Shown in pieces: positions 50,436 through 59,081 of a DNA stretch of 64,000 nt; position 1 is the first letter of the stretch; every line of letters begins with the position of its first letter. A program made the position numbers and the translations under genes. Under the pieces are notes generated by a model. It was given only the letters and a program-made list of their open reading frames with translations. It ran no database searches and was not told where the DNA came from. The stretch is from an uncultured delta proteobacterium (GTDB taxonomy: Bacteria; Myxococcota_A; Polyangia; Polyangiales; Polyangiaceae), in assembly GCA_963782055.1 (NCBI GenBank), contig CAWAIF010000003.1, positions 5,888,001-5,952,000 on the forward strand, in the 5' to 3' direction.

Positions 50436-50522
50436 GCCACGGCGAGGCTGATTTCCCGAGCGCGCGCCTGTCCCAGGTGTCCGCGCCGCCTGTCCGGGGA
50501 CACCCCGGGTCCCGCGGAGCGC

Positions 50523-51212
50523 TCAGCGACGGCGGAGCACCATGCGCATGACCACCCAGAAGGCCAGCACGATGGCGATGGCGAAGAGCCGGGAGGTGCC
50601 CCGCGCGGCGTCGAGGACGAAGGGAAGGAAGAAGAGCGCCACCACGACGAAGACGACCAGCAGCGCGCGCACGACGCGGCTCAGGTGGCGCGGGGGCTCG
50701 AGCGGGCGCATGCGCTCCAGGCCGGCGCGCAGATCGCCGAAGCCCTCGCCGCCGCGGGGGATATCCACGACCTCCGGACTGTCCCGGCGGCCATCCCAGC
50801 CCGGCGCCAGGTCGAGCTCGAGGCCACCCAGCACGCCGGGCACCTCCCGCAGCGCGGTGATGGCGGTGGGCGGAAGCTCGTAGAGGCCGCGGAAGGTGCG
50901 CACGACCAGGGTCATGTCCTCGAGGCGCACGGTGAAGGCCCGGAGGTGGCGCTTCATGCGCGACAACGTGTATCCTGCACGTATTGCGGCGAGCAGGACC
51001 ACGGCCCCGGCGGCGCCGACGAGCCAGCCGGCCGGGGCGACCAGCAGCCGCGCGAGGGCCAGGAGCACGAAGACCGCCGGCGCCACCGCCGTCGCGGAGG
51101 AGATGGTGGCGGCGAGCAGGGCGCGCTTGCGGAGCGCTTCCTCCGACAGGCGGTACTCGGGCGCCATTGCCCCCGGTCCGCCTGGTGCCGACGGCGGGAT
51201 GTCCTCGGGCAA
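50523..51212 (-). CDS. Hypothetical membrane protein
   Basis: Four hydrophobic segments; follows the B12-binding domain gene; start uncertain. Confidence 0.65.
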   Translation of the reverse strand: MPEDIPPSAPGGPGAMAPEYRLSEEALRKRALLAATISSATAVAPAVFVLLALARLLVAPAGWLVGAAGAVVLLAAIRAGYTLSRMKRHLRAFTVRLEDMTLVVRTFRGLYELPPTAITALREVPGVLGGLELDLAPGWDGRRDSPEVVDIPRGGEGFGDLRAGLERMRPLEPPRHLSRVVRALLVVFVVVALFFLPFVLDAARGTSRLFAIAIVLAFWVVMRMVLRRR

Positions 51213-51213
51213 G

Positions 51214-51624
51214 TCAGGCGTGGGGGTGCACGTTGTCGCGCACCCACTGGATGATGGTCTCGAGCGTGGTGCCCGGCGTGAAGACGCCCTGCACGCCCGC
51301 GGCCTTCAGTCGCTCCAGATCGCCCTCGGGGATGATGCCGCCACCGAAGACGATGACGTCCCCGGCGTCCTTGGCCTGGAGGGCCTCGATGACGGCAGGG
51401 AAGAGGGTGTTGTGGGCCCCGCTCATGATGGAGAGGCCGACCGCGTCGACGTCCTCCTGGACCGCGGCCGCGGCGATCATCTCGGGGGTCTGGTGGAGGC
51501 CGGTGTAGACGACCTCGAAGCCGGCGTCGCGAAGGGCGCGGGCGACGACCTTGGCGCCCCGGTCGTGGCCGTCGAGGCCGGGCTTGGCCACCAGGATGCG
51601 GACCTTGCGAGAGCTCTCGGGCAT
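51214..51624 (-). CDS. Cobalamin-binding subunit of methylmalonyl/acyl-CoA mutase
   Basis: [33 protein letters not shown]. Confidence 0.93.
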   Translation of the reverse strand: MPESSRKVRILVAKPGLDGHDRGAKVVARALRDAGFEVVYTGLHQTPEMIAAAAVQEDVDAVGLSIMSGAHNTLFPAVIEALQAKDAGDVIVFGGGIIPEGDLERLKAAGVQGVFTPGTTLETIIQWVRDNVHPHA

Positions 51625-51798
51625 GGCGAACGCTTAGCGCGGGGTGGGGGGCGGCGTAAAGCGCGACCGGTCGGCCGCCCGGGGCGGGGTGAGGCGGGCG
51701 CACCGGAGCAGGGGACGCCTCGTCGGGCGGCGATTGCGCACTACCGGAGGCGTTCATGGGACTTCCGCTCGCGCACCCTTTGGGAGACACTCCAGATC

Positions 51799-53373
51799 AT
51801 GACGGACATTCCCGGCCAGGGGGGCGAGCGGGGGCATCTCGGGGGGGGCGCGGATCCGGAGAGCCGCGCGGCGCGCGCGGAGGCGCTGGTGGAGCGGCTA
51901 CGTGGGGTGCTCGCCGCGGAGGGTCTGGTGGCGTGGGAGTGGGAGGTGCCGGAGGACCGCTTCCACCGCGACGGGGGCGAGCACTTCGGTCCTGCTCCGC
52001 TCGACCTGTCCACCTTCCTGGCGGTCGTGGACGAGGAAGATCGCCCCGGCGTGGCGCGCGCCGTACGCACGTCCATCGATACCGGCGAGCCGTACCACGT
52101 CGTCTACCGCAAGGCGGTCGGCGGGGAACGGCGCTGGTTCGAGGCGACGGCGGACGTGATGCGCGACGAGCAGGGGCGCGTGGCGCGGCTCATCGGGGCG
52201 ACCGCCGACATCACCGCGCGCCGAGGCCTGGAGGAGCAGCTGCGGCGGGCGCAGAAGATGGAAGCGGTCGGGCGGCTCGCCGGCGGTGTCGCGCACGACT
52301 TCAACAACCTGCTCACGGCGATCGTCGCGTGCACCGACCTGCTGCGCACACGCCTGGCGCAGGACCCGACGGCCGTGCGCGATCTCGACGCCATCACCAG
52401 CGCCACCACCCGGGCCACCGCGCTCACGCGCCAGCTCCTCACCATCAGCCGGCGGCAGCCCGTCCAGCCGACGCTCCTCGACCTGAACGACGTCGTGTCG
52501 GAGATCGCCCGGATGGCCACGCGCATCGTCGGTGAGGACGTGGAGCTCAACACCACGATCTCGCCGGAGGCGCTCACCGTGCGGGCGGACCCGGCGCAGA
52601 TCCACCAGATGCTCCTCAACCTCGTGGTGAACGCCCGCGACGCGATGCCTGGGGGTGGAACGCTCACCCTCACGACCTCGAAGAAGGCGCTCGGCGTCTC
52701 CAACACCTTCCTGCTCCCCGCCGGGTCCTACGTGTGCATGACGGTGTCGGACACGGGGGCCGGCATGGATCAGGGCACGCTCGCCCGCGTCTTCGAGCCA
52801 TTCTTCACCACCAAGCCGGTGGGTCAGGGGACGGGGCTGGGACTCGCGACGGTCCACGCCATGGCCACGCAGCTCGGCGGCGCGGCGACGGCGACCAGCC
52901 GTCCGGGGGACGGCGCCACCTTCTCCATCCTCCTGCCGTGGCACGAGAAGCCCCCCGCGGAGGCGCGGCCGGCGCGACCCGCGACCGCGGCGCCCCGCGG
53001 CGAGCGCGCGTGCGTGCTGCTCGTGGAGGACGAGGACGCCGTGAGGCGCGTCGCCCGGCGCCTTCTGGAGTCGCACGGGCACACGGTGGTCGAGGCGACC
53101 AACGGCGTGCACGCGCTCGAGGTGTTCGAGGAGCGAGCCGCCGACATCGACGTGGTGCTCACCGACGTGGTCATGCCGAAGATGGGCGGGGTGCAGCTCG
53201 CTCGCGAGCTCCGCGAGCGTGTGCCGGAGCTGCGCATCGTGTTCACGTCGGGGTACACCGACGACGACGTCCTCAACCACGGGGTGGAGATGGGCGAGGT
53301 GAACTTCGTCCGCAAGCCCTACACCCTCGAGACGCTGCTTGGCGCGATCGCAAAGGAGCTGGCCCGTCGCTAG
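51799..53373 (+). CDS. PAS-domain hybrid histidine kinase / response regulator
   Basis: AHDFNNLL, NARDAM, DTGAG, FEPFFTTK, GTGLGL; receiver VEDE..TDVVMP..SGY..KP. Confidence 0.93.
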   Translation: MTDIPGQGGERGHLGGGADPESRAARAEALVERLRGVLAAEGLVAWEWEVPEDRFHRDGGEHFGPAPLDLSTFLAVVDEEDRPGVARAVRTSIDTGEPYHVVYRKAVGGERRWFEATADVMRDEQGRVARLIGATADITARRGLEEQLRRAQKMEAVGRLAGGVAHDFNNLLTAIVACTDLLRTRLAQDPTAVRDLDAITSATTRATALTRQLLTISRRQPVQPTLLDLNDVVSEIARMATRIVGEDVELNTTISPEALTVRADPAQIHQMLLNLVVNARDAMPGGGTLTLTTSKKALGVSNTFLLPAGSYVCMTVSDTGAGMDQGTLARVFEPFFTTKPVGQGTGLGLATVHAMATQLGGAATATSRPGDGATFSILLPWHEKPPAEARPARPATAAPRGERACVLLVEDEDAVRRVARRLLESHGHTVVEATNGVHALEVFEERAADIDVVLTDVVMPKMGGVQLARELRERVPELRIVFTSGYTDDDVLNHGVEMGEVNFVRKPYTLETLLGAIAKELARR

Positions 53374-53413
53374 CCGGTCGCGGTCACCGCCCGACCCTCC
53401 CCGGCCGCCCCCC

Positions 53414-53529
53414 TGTCCCCCCTGTCCCCCTCCCCTGTCCCCGGACACCAAACGTCGAAGTGCTAGCACGCTGACAATCCGACGTTTCAGCGGGAATCTG
53501 CGGAGAGGGGGGGTGGCATGGGGGGTGCT
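53414..53529 (+). promoter_or_regulatory. TGTCC half-sites, palindrome TGTCCCCGGACA (53436-53447) and sigma-54 promoter TGGCATGGGGGGTGCT (53514-53529)
   Basis: Same architecture as 22080-22225. Confidence 0.6.
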
Positions 53530-53541
53530 TTGGGGGTGGGG

Positions 53542-54139
53542 ATGGATCCTGTGTTCTTCTCGATCAAGCGGGCCTACTACGCGACGCTCAAGCTGACGCG
53601 GCGGGCGCTCCGGGCGATGGGGCTCACCGCGGCGCGGTTCGACCTGCTCGATGCGCTCTACCGGCTCGGGACGCGGTGCGTTCACCTGCAGAGCAACCTG
53701 CGGCGCGGGCTGGGCGTGGCGCGCTCCACCATCAGCCGCATGATGATTCTCGCTCGAGCAGCTCGGGCTCGTCACGCGGCGGCGCGATGGGCGCGATTGC
53801 ATCGTCGCGCTCACGGCGGAGGGGCGTCGCCGGGTGCGCCGGGCGTTCTACGGGCTGGTGCTCGTCGGGCACGTGGGGCTGGCGCTCGACGGCGCGCTTG
53901 CGCCGGGTGAGCGCCGCTGGCCCGCCGCGCGCGCCTGCGCCAGCGCGCGCAGACACCTCGAGGCGCTCTGCATGCGCATTCGCGTCGGGTTCGGCGACGA
54001 GGCCACGCTCGACAGGCTCACCGAGTACGGGTTCTGGGTGCCGAGGGAGCAGGACCGCATCCGCCGTTCGCGGAAGCATCGGGAGCGTCACCGCAAGGAG
54101 CTCGACCGCGCACACGCCCCGCCGGCGTCCACGTCGTGA
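53542..54139 (+). CDS. MarR-family regulator, paralog of 22239-22850; +1 frameshift at 53745-53749
   Basis: KRAYYATL, RFDLL, QSNLRRGLGVARSTISRM; removing one T gives ISLEQLGLV..LTAEGRRRV. Confidence 0.78.
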
Positions 54140-54208
54140 CGGCGCCACGCGTGGTCGTCAGGCCCCCACCGGCGCGCCAGCCTGCGAAGGATCACGCCCG
54201 GCCGCGCG

Positions 54209-55468
54209 TCAGTGGCAGGCCGGGCGAGAACCGGGCTCACGAAGCCAGCAGGCGCCGTCGAACACCTCGCGCGGGCCTGTCCCGTCCTTGGCGAGCTTGC
54301 GCAGGATCTCGCCGTCCGCGTCGGGGTCGACCAGCCGCGCGGCGATGCGCGGGTGCGGGTTGCTCCTGTCGAGCACGTGCTCGTTGTCCGTCCACACCAG
54401 GTGATAGCCCCAGGCGAGGGCCGGCTTGCCTGCGTCGTCGAAGCTCCAGGAGAGGTCGGCGATCATTCCCAGCCGCGTCCAGCCATTGAGGTAGACGACG
54501 TGCCGGTCCTGCTGCCGCGCCGGGAAGCGCGGCGTCCAGGACTCGCCCTGGTTGGAGACGAGGTTGCCGACCGAGGCGAAGACCGGCACGCGCCGGCCGT
54601 CCTCCGTGGTCACCACCTGCAGCGGGCTGACCACGTGCGGGTGGTGAATGACGACCGCGCTCGCGCCCGCCTCGGCGACGGCGCGGGCGAGCCCGAGCAT
54701 GGCGGCGGTCTGGGGAAGGTACTCCTCGCCACCGTGGAAGATGGCGATCGTGGCGTCGCACCCGGCGTGGAAGGCGCGTGCGATGCCCAGCGCCGCCTTC
54801 AGCTGGCCTCGCCGGTCGGGTGTGGCGACCGCCAGCTCGGCGGAGCTCGCGCAGGCGGAGCGGCGCTCGTTGGAGAAGGTGGTCCACGCCACCGCGCACA
54901 CGCGGAAGCCGGGCGTGTCGACCAGCACGCGCGCCTTCCACGGGTCGTCCGCGGCGGCGCCGAGCGCGGTGGTCCCCGTGGCGTCGGCGGCGGCGAGCGT
55001 CGCGCGCAGACCGCGCCCGCCCAGGTCGCAGGTGTGGTTGTTCGCCACCGTCAGCGCGTGAAGACCCGCGTCGTGCAGGGCGCGCATCCACTCCGGCGTC
55101 GCCGCCAGCGTGAAGGTGTGGGGGACCATCCCGCTCGGATCGCCCGTCGCCGTCTCGTAGTTCGCCACCGCGACGTCGGCCGATGCGAACAGCGGCGAGA
55201 GCGGCCAGAGCGCCTCCGCCACGCGCGGCGGGTCCACCAGCTGAGGCCGGTGAGGCAGCACGTCGCCCGCGACCAGCACGCGCACCGGCCGCCGGGCGAC
55301 CTTCGCGACCGCGGCATGGGCCGGCGCCCCCCCCCGACGCGGAACCTTCGGCGGCTCCGCGGCGACCGCGAGCTGCGCGTGGTTCGCCGGGACCTGCGCC
55401 GCCGGGTCGGGCGCCCCGCACGCCGCCGCGAGGCCCACGAGCGCCAGGATCACGCGGCCGAGCGTCAT
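54209..55468 (-). CDS. CapA-family (PGA_cap, metallophosphatase-fold) lipoprotein
   Basis: AGD, N.ET, ANNH..D.G, FHGG.EY, HHPHV, S.GN. Confidence 0.85.
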   Translation of the reverse strand: MTLGRVILALVGLAAACGAPDPAAQVPANHAQLAVAAEPPKVPRRGGAPAHAAVAKVARRPVRVLVAGDVLPHRPQLVDPPRVAEALWPLSPLFASADVAVANYETATGDPSGMVPHTFTLAATPEWMRALHDAGLHALTVANNHTCDLGGRGLRATLAAADATGTTALGAAADDPWKARVLVDTPGFRVCAVAWTTFSNERRSACASSAELAVATPDRRGQLKAALGIARAFHAGCDATIAIFHGGEEYLPQTAAMLGLARAVAEAGASAVVIHHPHVVSPLQVVTTEDGRRVPVFASVGNLVSNQGESWTPRFPARQQDRHVVYLNGWTRLGMIADLSWSFDDAGKPALAWGYHLVWTDNEHVLDRSNPHPRIAARLVDPDADGEILRKLAKDGTGPREVFDGACWLREPGSRPACH

Positions 55469-55572
55469 GAGCGGAATTGTCACGTGGCGCTCTCGCGATG
55501 GCCAAGAAGCCGGTGGCGACCAGCCCGCGCGTCCGCTCACCCGCGCCGAAGCGTGACCGCTCGGCGCGCCGG

Positions 55573-56805
55573 TCACTTCAGCGTGATGCGTGCCAGGCGG
55601 CACGCGCCGCCGAAGTTGGGCAGCGGGTGCGCGTAGCCCACCACGATCTGCTTCCCGTCGACGGAGCGCAGCGCCCCGTGCTCCTTGGCGAGATAGTTGG
55701 TGCCCGCGTCGCCCGTCACGAAGGCGCTGCCTGAGACCACCACCTCCGGGTCGGTCCACGGACCCGTGATGGCGTCGGCGGTGCGCAACGCGACGTCGTC
55801 GGAGAGCGGCTTGCTGTAGACGGCCAGCCACTTGCCGAGCCACGGGTTGCGCTGGATGGAGATCCCGTAGCTCGCGCGGTCGATGAACCACGCGGCCTGC
55901 GTCACGTCGGCCACCCACCCCGCGCCACTCCAGAAGGTGTACGCAGCCCTCGTCGTGGCGCCGGCGACCGGCGCCTTGGCGATCTTGCAGTGGTAGTCGA
56001 ACCCCAGCGCCTGCTCGCAGTCGAAGAGGTAGACGGTGTCGCCGTCGACCGTGGCGCCGCCGACCCCGAAGAGCGGGTCGGGCGGCTGGAAGAGGAAGCT
56101 GGGATCGCGCGTGGCCTGCGTCGAGTCCTTCGTGACGTGCGCGGTGCCGACGGCGTCCACGGCGAAGCCGCTCCCGCCGCTGCGCACGACGTGGTTGAAG
56201 AGCACCACGCCCTCCGTCGCGCTGGTCGGGATCACCGAGCCGGGCCAGAGGGCGAAGCCGTTGCCCGCGTCCGCCTGGTTCTGCGCCACCTCGGCCGGCG
56301 TGTAGGGGATGAACTCCATCGGCAGCCCGGCGTCGTCCAGCGGCTCGGTGAGGGCCAGCGGGCTCGCGGGCGTGCTCCACCCCGCGGTGCTGGAGCGCAC
56401 CGAGGTGCCGTCCTGCGCGTTCGGCTTGGTCAGGAAGGTGTCGCCGAACGTCCAGACCAGCTCGCCCCCGATCAGCCCCGACGTCGTCCCGTCGCGCCCG
56501 ACCACCGTCCCCGGCGCGCTGAAGGCGCCCAGGTCGTCGACGTGGTCGACGGCGAGCACGTGCCCCCCAGCGTCCGCTGCGGCGTCGACTCCGGCGTCGC
56601 CCGGCGCATCCGGGTTGCTGCACGCAACAACGAGCGGCAGCGCGACCGCCAGCGCGAGGACCGGCGCGCGTTCCCGGGACGTGCGCCGCGGCGCACCACC
56701 CTCCCCGTGTGGCGCGCGAAGCGCGACACCGTGGGGAGGGCGCCCACGCGCAGGGCCCGCGCGCAAGCTCTCGTGCGCGGCGACGTCCGTGTACTCTGCA
56801 CCCAT
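55573..56805 (-). CDS. DUF4185-like beta-propeller lipoprotein (start uncertain)
   Basis: Lipobox VVAC; W.FGDTF, WPG, Y.FW.G..W, LRTA..ITGPW. Confidence 0.7.
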   Translation of the reverse strand: MGAEYTDVAAHESLRAGPARGRPPHGVALRAPHGEGGAPRRTSRERAPVLALAVALPLVVACSNPDAPGDAGVDAAADAGGHVLAVDHVDDLGAFSAPGTVVGRDGTTSGLIGGELVWTFGDTFLTKPNAQDGTSVRSSTAGWSTPASPLALTEPLDDAGLPMEFIPYTPAEVAQNQADAGNGFALWPGSVIPTSATEGVVLFNHVVRSGGSGFAVDAVGTAHVTKDSTQATRDPSFLFQPPDPLFGVGGATVDGDTVYLFDCEQALGFDYHCKIAKAPVAGATTRAAYTFWSGAGWVADVTQAAWFIDRASYGISIQRNPWLGKWLAVYSKPLSDDVALRTADAITGPWTDPEVVVSGSAFVTGDAGTNYLAKEHGALRSVDGKQIVVGYAHPLPNFGGACRLARITLK

Positions 56806-56870
56806 CGACCGGCGCGCGCGAGAGCGAGCACGGGCCCGAGCATGGGCGGGGAGGGGCATCCCTCCTCCTC

Positions 56871-58154
56871 TCATCCCTCGGTCTCCCCGAACGCCTGGTA
56901 CCGCGCGCGCTCCTCCTCGCTCGGCCATGCCTCCTTCACGATCGCGAACTTTCCATGATCGAAGGGCAGCCCCGGCGCCTCCGCCACCTTCACGATCCGC
57001 TCCCGCTCCCCGCTCGCGAGCAGCTCCAGCGCGCGGTGATGGCAGTACGGGTTGTCCCCCGCCTTGCCGAAGAGCACGTGCGTCGTCCAGTTGCAGCCCG
57101 CCATGCACGCCTCCGCGTAGTAGCAGGTGCGGCAGAAGCCGCCGAGGTCCTCCACCGTGCGGTCGCGGGTGAAGCGCAGCTCCTTGCTCTGCTCCCAGAT
57201 GTCCAGGAGCGTGGCGTCGCGCACGTTGCCGCCGACGTACTCCTCCGTCGGGAGGGAGGGGCAGCCCTTGATGTCGCCGTTGGCCTCGATGCCCAGCACC
57301 AGGCGGCCCGCGCCGCACGGCCCGCGGTGCTTCTGCGCGTACATGCTGCGCAGGTGCGCCTCGAAGGGACCGAAGTACCCGATGTTGTTGCCCGCCCAGA
57401 AGCGGACGCCCGTCTCGTCGGCGCGCGACTTGAGGCGCGCGAGCATCGGGATCACCTCCAGCACCTGATACGGCTCCAGCAGCATCTCCGGCTCGTCGCC
57501 GGCGCGGCCCATGGCGGTGGTGAGCTGCATCTGCCAGCCGTGGATCTTCTTCTTCACGAAGATCTCGAAGACCTCGGGGATCTCGTGCAGGTTGACGCGG
57601 TTGATCTGCGTGTTGGCGGCGATGGCGATGCCGGCCGCCTTGGCGTTGTCCATCGCCGCCATGGCGGCGGCGAAGCTCCCCTCCACGCCGCGCAGCAGAT
57701 CGTGTGTACTCTGCAATCCATCCACCGACACGCTGATGCTCTGGATGCCCGCCGCCTTCGCCGCGCGCGCGCGCTCCGCCGTCAGCCCGCGGCCGCCGGT
57801 GGTCATCGTGCACTGCATGCCGAGGCGGCGGATCTCCCGGGCGATGTCCACCCAGTCCTCGCGCAGGTAGGCCTCGCCGCCGATGAGGGTCACCTCCAGC
57901 ACGCCGAGCTCGTGCATCTGCCGGACGAGATCGAGCGCCTGCGCGGTGTCCAGCTCGTCCGGGCGGCCGCGGCCGGCGCGCGAGCCGCAGTGGCGGCAGG
58001 CGAGATCGCAGGCGAGGGTGATCTCCCAGACGGCGTAGATGGGGCGGACCTTGTCCTTGTCGCGCACCTCCGCGGCGAGCGGCAGCCGCCGCTTCGACGG
58101 CTCCGCCATCGGGGCGATGGGGAGGCTGCGCGGGCGGGCGCCGAGGATGGTCAC
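56871..58154 (-). CDS. Radical SAM/SPASM peptide/protein maturase (PlpX/splicease-like group)
   Basis: AVWEITLACDLACRHCGSRAG (CxxxCxxC), IGGE; SPASM CGAG..GDIKGCPS..CRTCYYAEACMAGC..NPYC; GTG directly after upstream TGA (alternative ATG at 58109). Confidence 0.92.
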   Translation of the reverse strand: MTILGARPRSLPIAPMAEPSKRRLPLAAEVRDKDKVRPIYAVWEITLACDLACRHCGSRAGRGRPDELDTAQALDLVRQMHELGVLEVTLIGGEAYLREDWVDIAREIRRLGMQCTMTTGGRGLTAERARAAKAAGIQSISVSVDGLQSTHDLLRGVEGSFAAAMAAMDNAKAAGIAIAANTQINRVNLHEIPEVFEIFVKKKIHGWQMQLTTAMGRAGDEPEMLLEPYQVLEVIPMLARLKSRADETGVRFWAGNNIGYFGPFEAHLRSMYAQKHRGPCGAGRLVLGIEANGDIKGCPSLPTEEYVGGNVRDATLLDIWEQSKELRFTRDRTVEDLGGFCRTCYYAEACMAGCNWTTHVLFGKAGDNPYCHHRALELLASGERERIVKVAEAPGLPFDHGKFAIVKEAWPSEEERARYQAFGETEG

Positions 58155-58520
58155 TCAGTCGCCCCCGGAGTCGAGGGTTCCGGCGTCGGGCGGCGGGCCG
58201 CCGTAGGCGCCCTGGAGCGCGTCGGGGCCGGCGTCCTTCGCGGCGGCGTCGGCGTCGGGCCCGCCGTCCGCCAGCGCCGCGTCGTCTCCGTTGCCGCCGT
58301 CGTACGGAGGGGCGGGCGCCCCGTACACGGGCGTCAGTACCACGCCGCTGCCGCAGGCCGTCGCCACCATCGTAGCGCCGGCGACGAGCACGGCGCGGCT
58401 CACGCGCCCCGGAGCCACGCGCGCAGGAATGGAGTCGACGCGCGCCTCGCCGCAGAAGGGACAGCGGGCGTCCTCCGCGCGCACGTGGCGGCGGCAGTGC
58501 TCGCAAAGGTGAAAGCTCAT
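58155..58520 (-). CDS. Zn-ribbon/lipobox/YG-P precursor lipoprotein 1 (putative rSAM substrate)
   Basis: CEHC-x10-CPFC; VATAC lipobox; VYGAP and AYGGP. Confidence 0.85.
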   Translation of the reverse strand: MSFHLCEHCRRHVRAEDARCPFCGEARVDSIPARVAPGRVSRAVLVAGATMVATACGSGVVLTPVYGAPAPPYDGGNGDDAALADGGPDADAAAKDAGPDALQGAYGGPPPDAGTLDSGGD

Positions 58521-58532
58521 GACGTGAGCGTA

Positions 58533-58607
58533 TCAACCGCCGCAGAAGGGGCAAGCAGCGTCCGCGCGCGCGCGCGGCGGCTGGCAGCCGTCGCGGGTGA
58601 AGCTCAC
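58533..58607 (-). pseudogene. Degenerate remnant of the precursor Zn-ribbon leader
   Basis: Translates VSFTRDGCQPPRARADAACPFCGG*, compared with MSFHLCEHCRRHVRAEDARCPFCG. Confidence 0.6.
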
Positions 58608-58619
58608 GGCCTCAGGCCA

Positions 58620-59081
58620 TCAAAGGTCCGGTGGGTGGTCCTTCGGCGGCTTGTGGTGACGCGGGGGCGGCGGGCCTCCGTAGACGGTGACGTGCCTGCG
58701 ACGCCCGGCGTCGGCGGCGTCCGGCGAAGCGGTGTGATCGCTCACGCCGGCGTCCGGTCCGGCCGTGTCCTCGCTCGCGCCGGCATCGGGGGGCGCGACG
58801 GTGGGGATGGGCGGGGGAGGCGCCCCGTAGGCGGGCACCGCGACCACCGTCGGCATCGGCGCGGGCGGAGACGCGGACTTGTCGGTGAACCACCCGCGCG
58901 GATCGGCGGTCGTGTTGCAGCCGACGGCGACGGCCGCGACGCCGACGAGGGCCGCGCGGGTGAGGCGAGCCGGCGCCGTCCGTGAGGGCGCGGAGGCGGC
59001 CCCGGCGGATGCACCACAGAAGGGGCACGCGGCGTCGGCGGATCGCACGTGCCGGCGGCACGCCGCGCAGACGACGAGCAT
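58620..59081 (-). CDS. Zn-ribbon/lipobox/YG-P precursor lipoprotein 2
   Basis: CAAC-x10-CPFC; VAVGC lipobox; AYGAP and VYGGP. Confidence 0.85.
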   Translation of the reverse strand: MLVVCAACRRHVRSADAACPFCGASAGAASAPSRTAPARLTRAALVGVAAVAVGCNTTADPRGWFTDKSASPPAPMPTVVAVPAYGAPPPPIPTVAPPDAGASEDTAGPDAGVSDHTASPDAADAGRRRHVTVYGGPPPPRHHKPPKDHPPDL

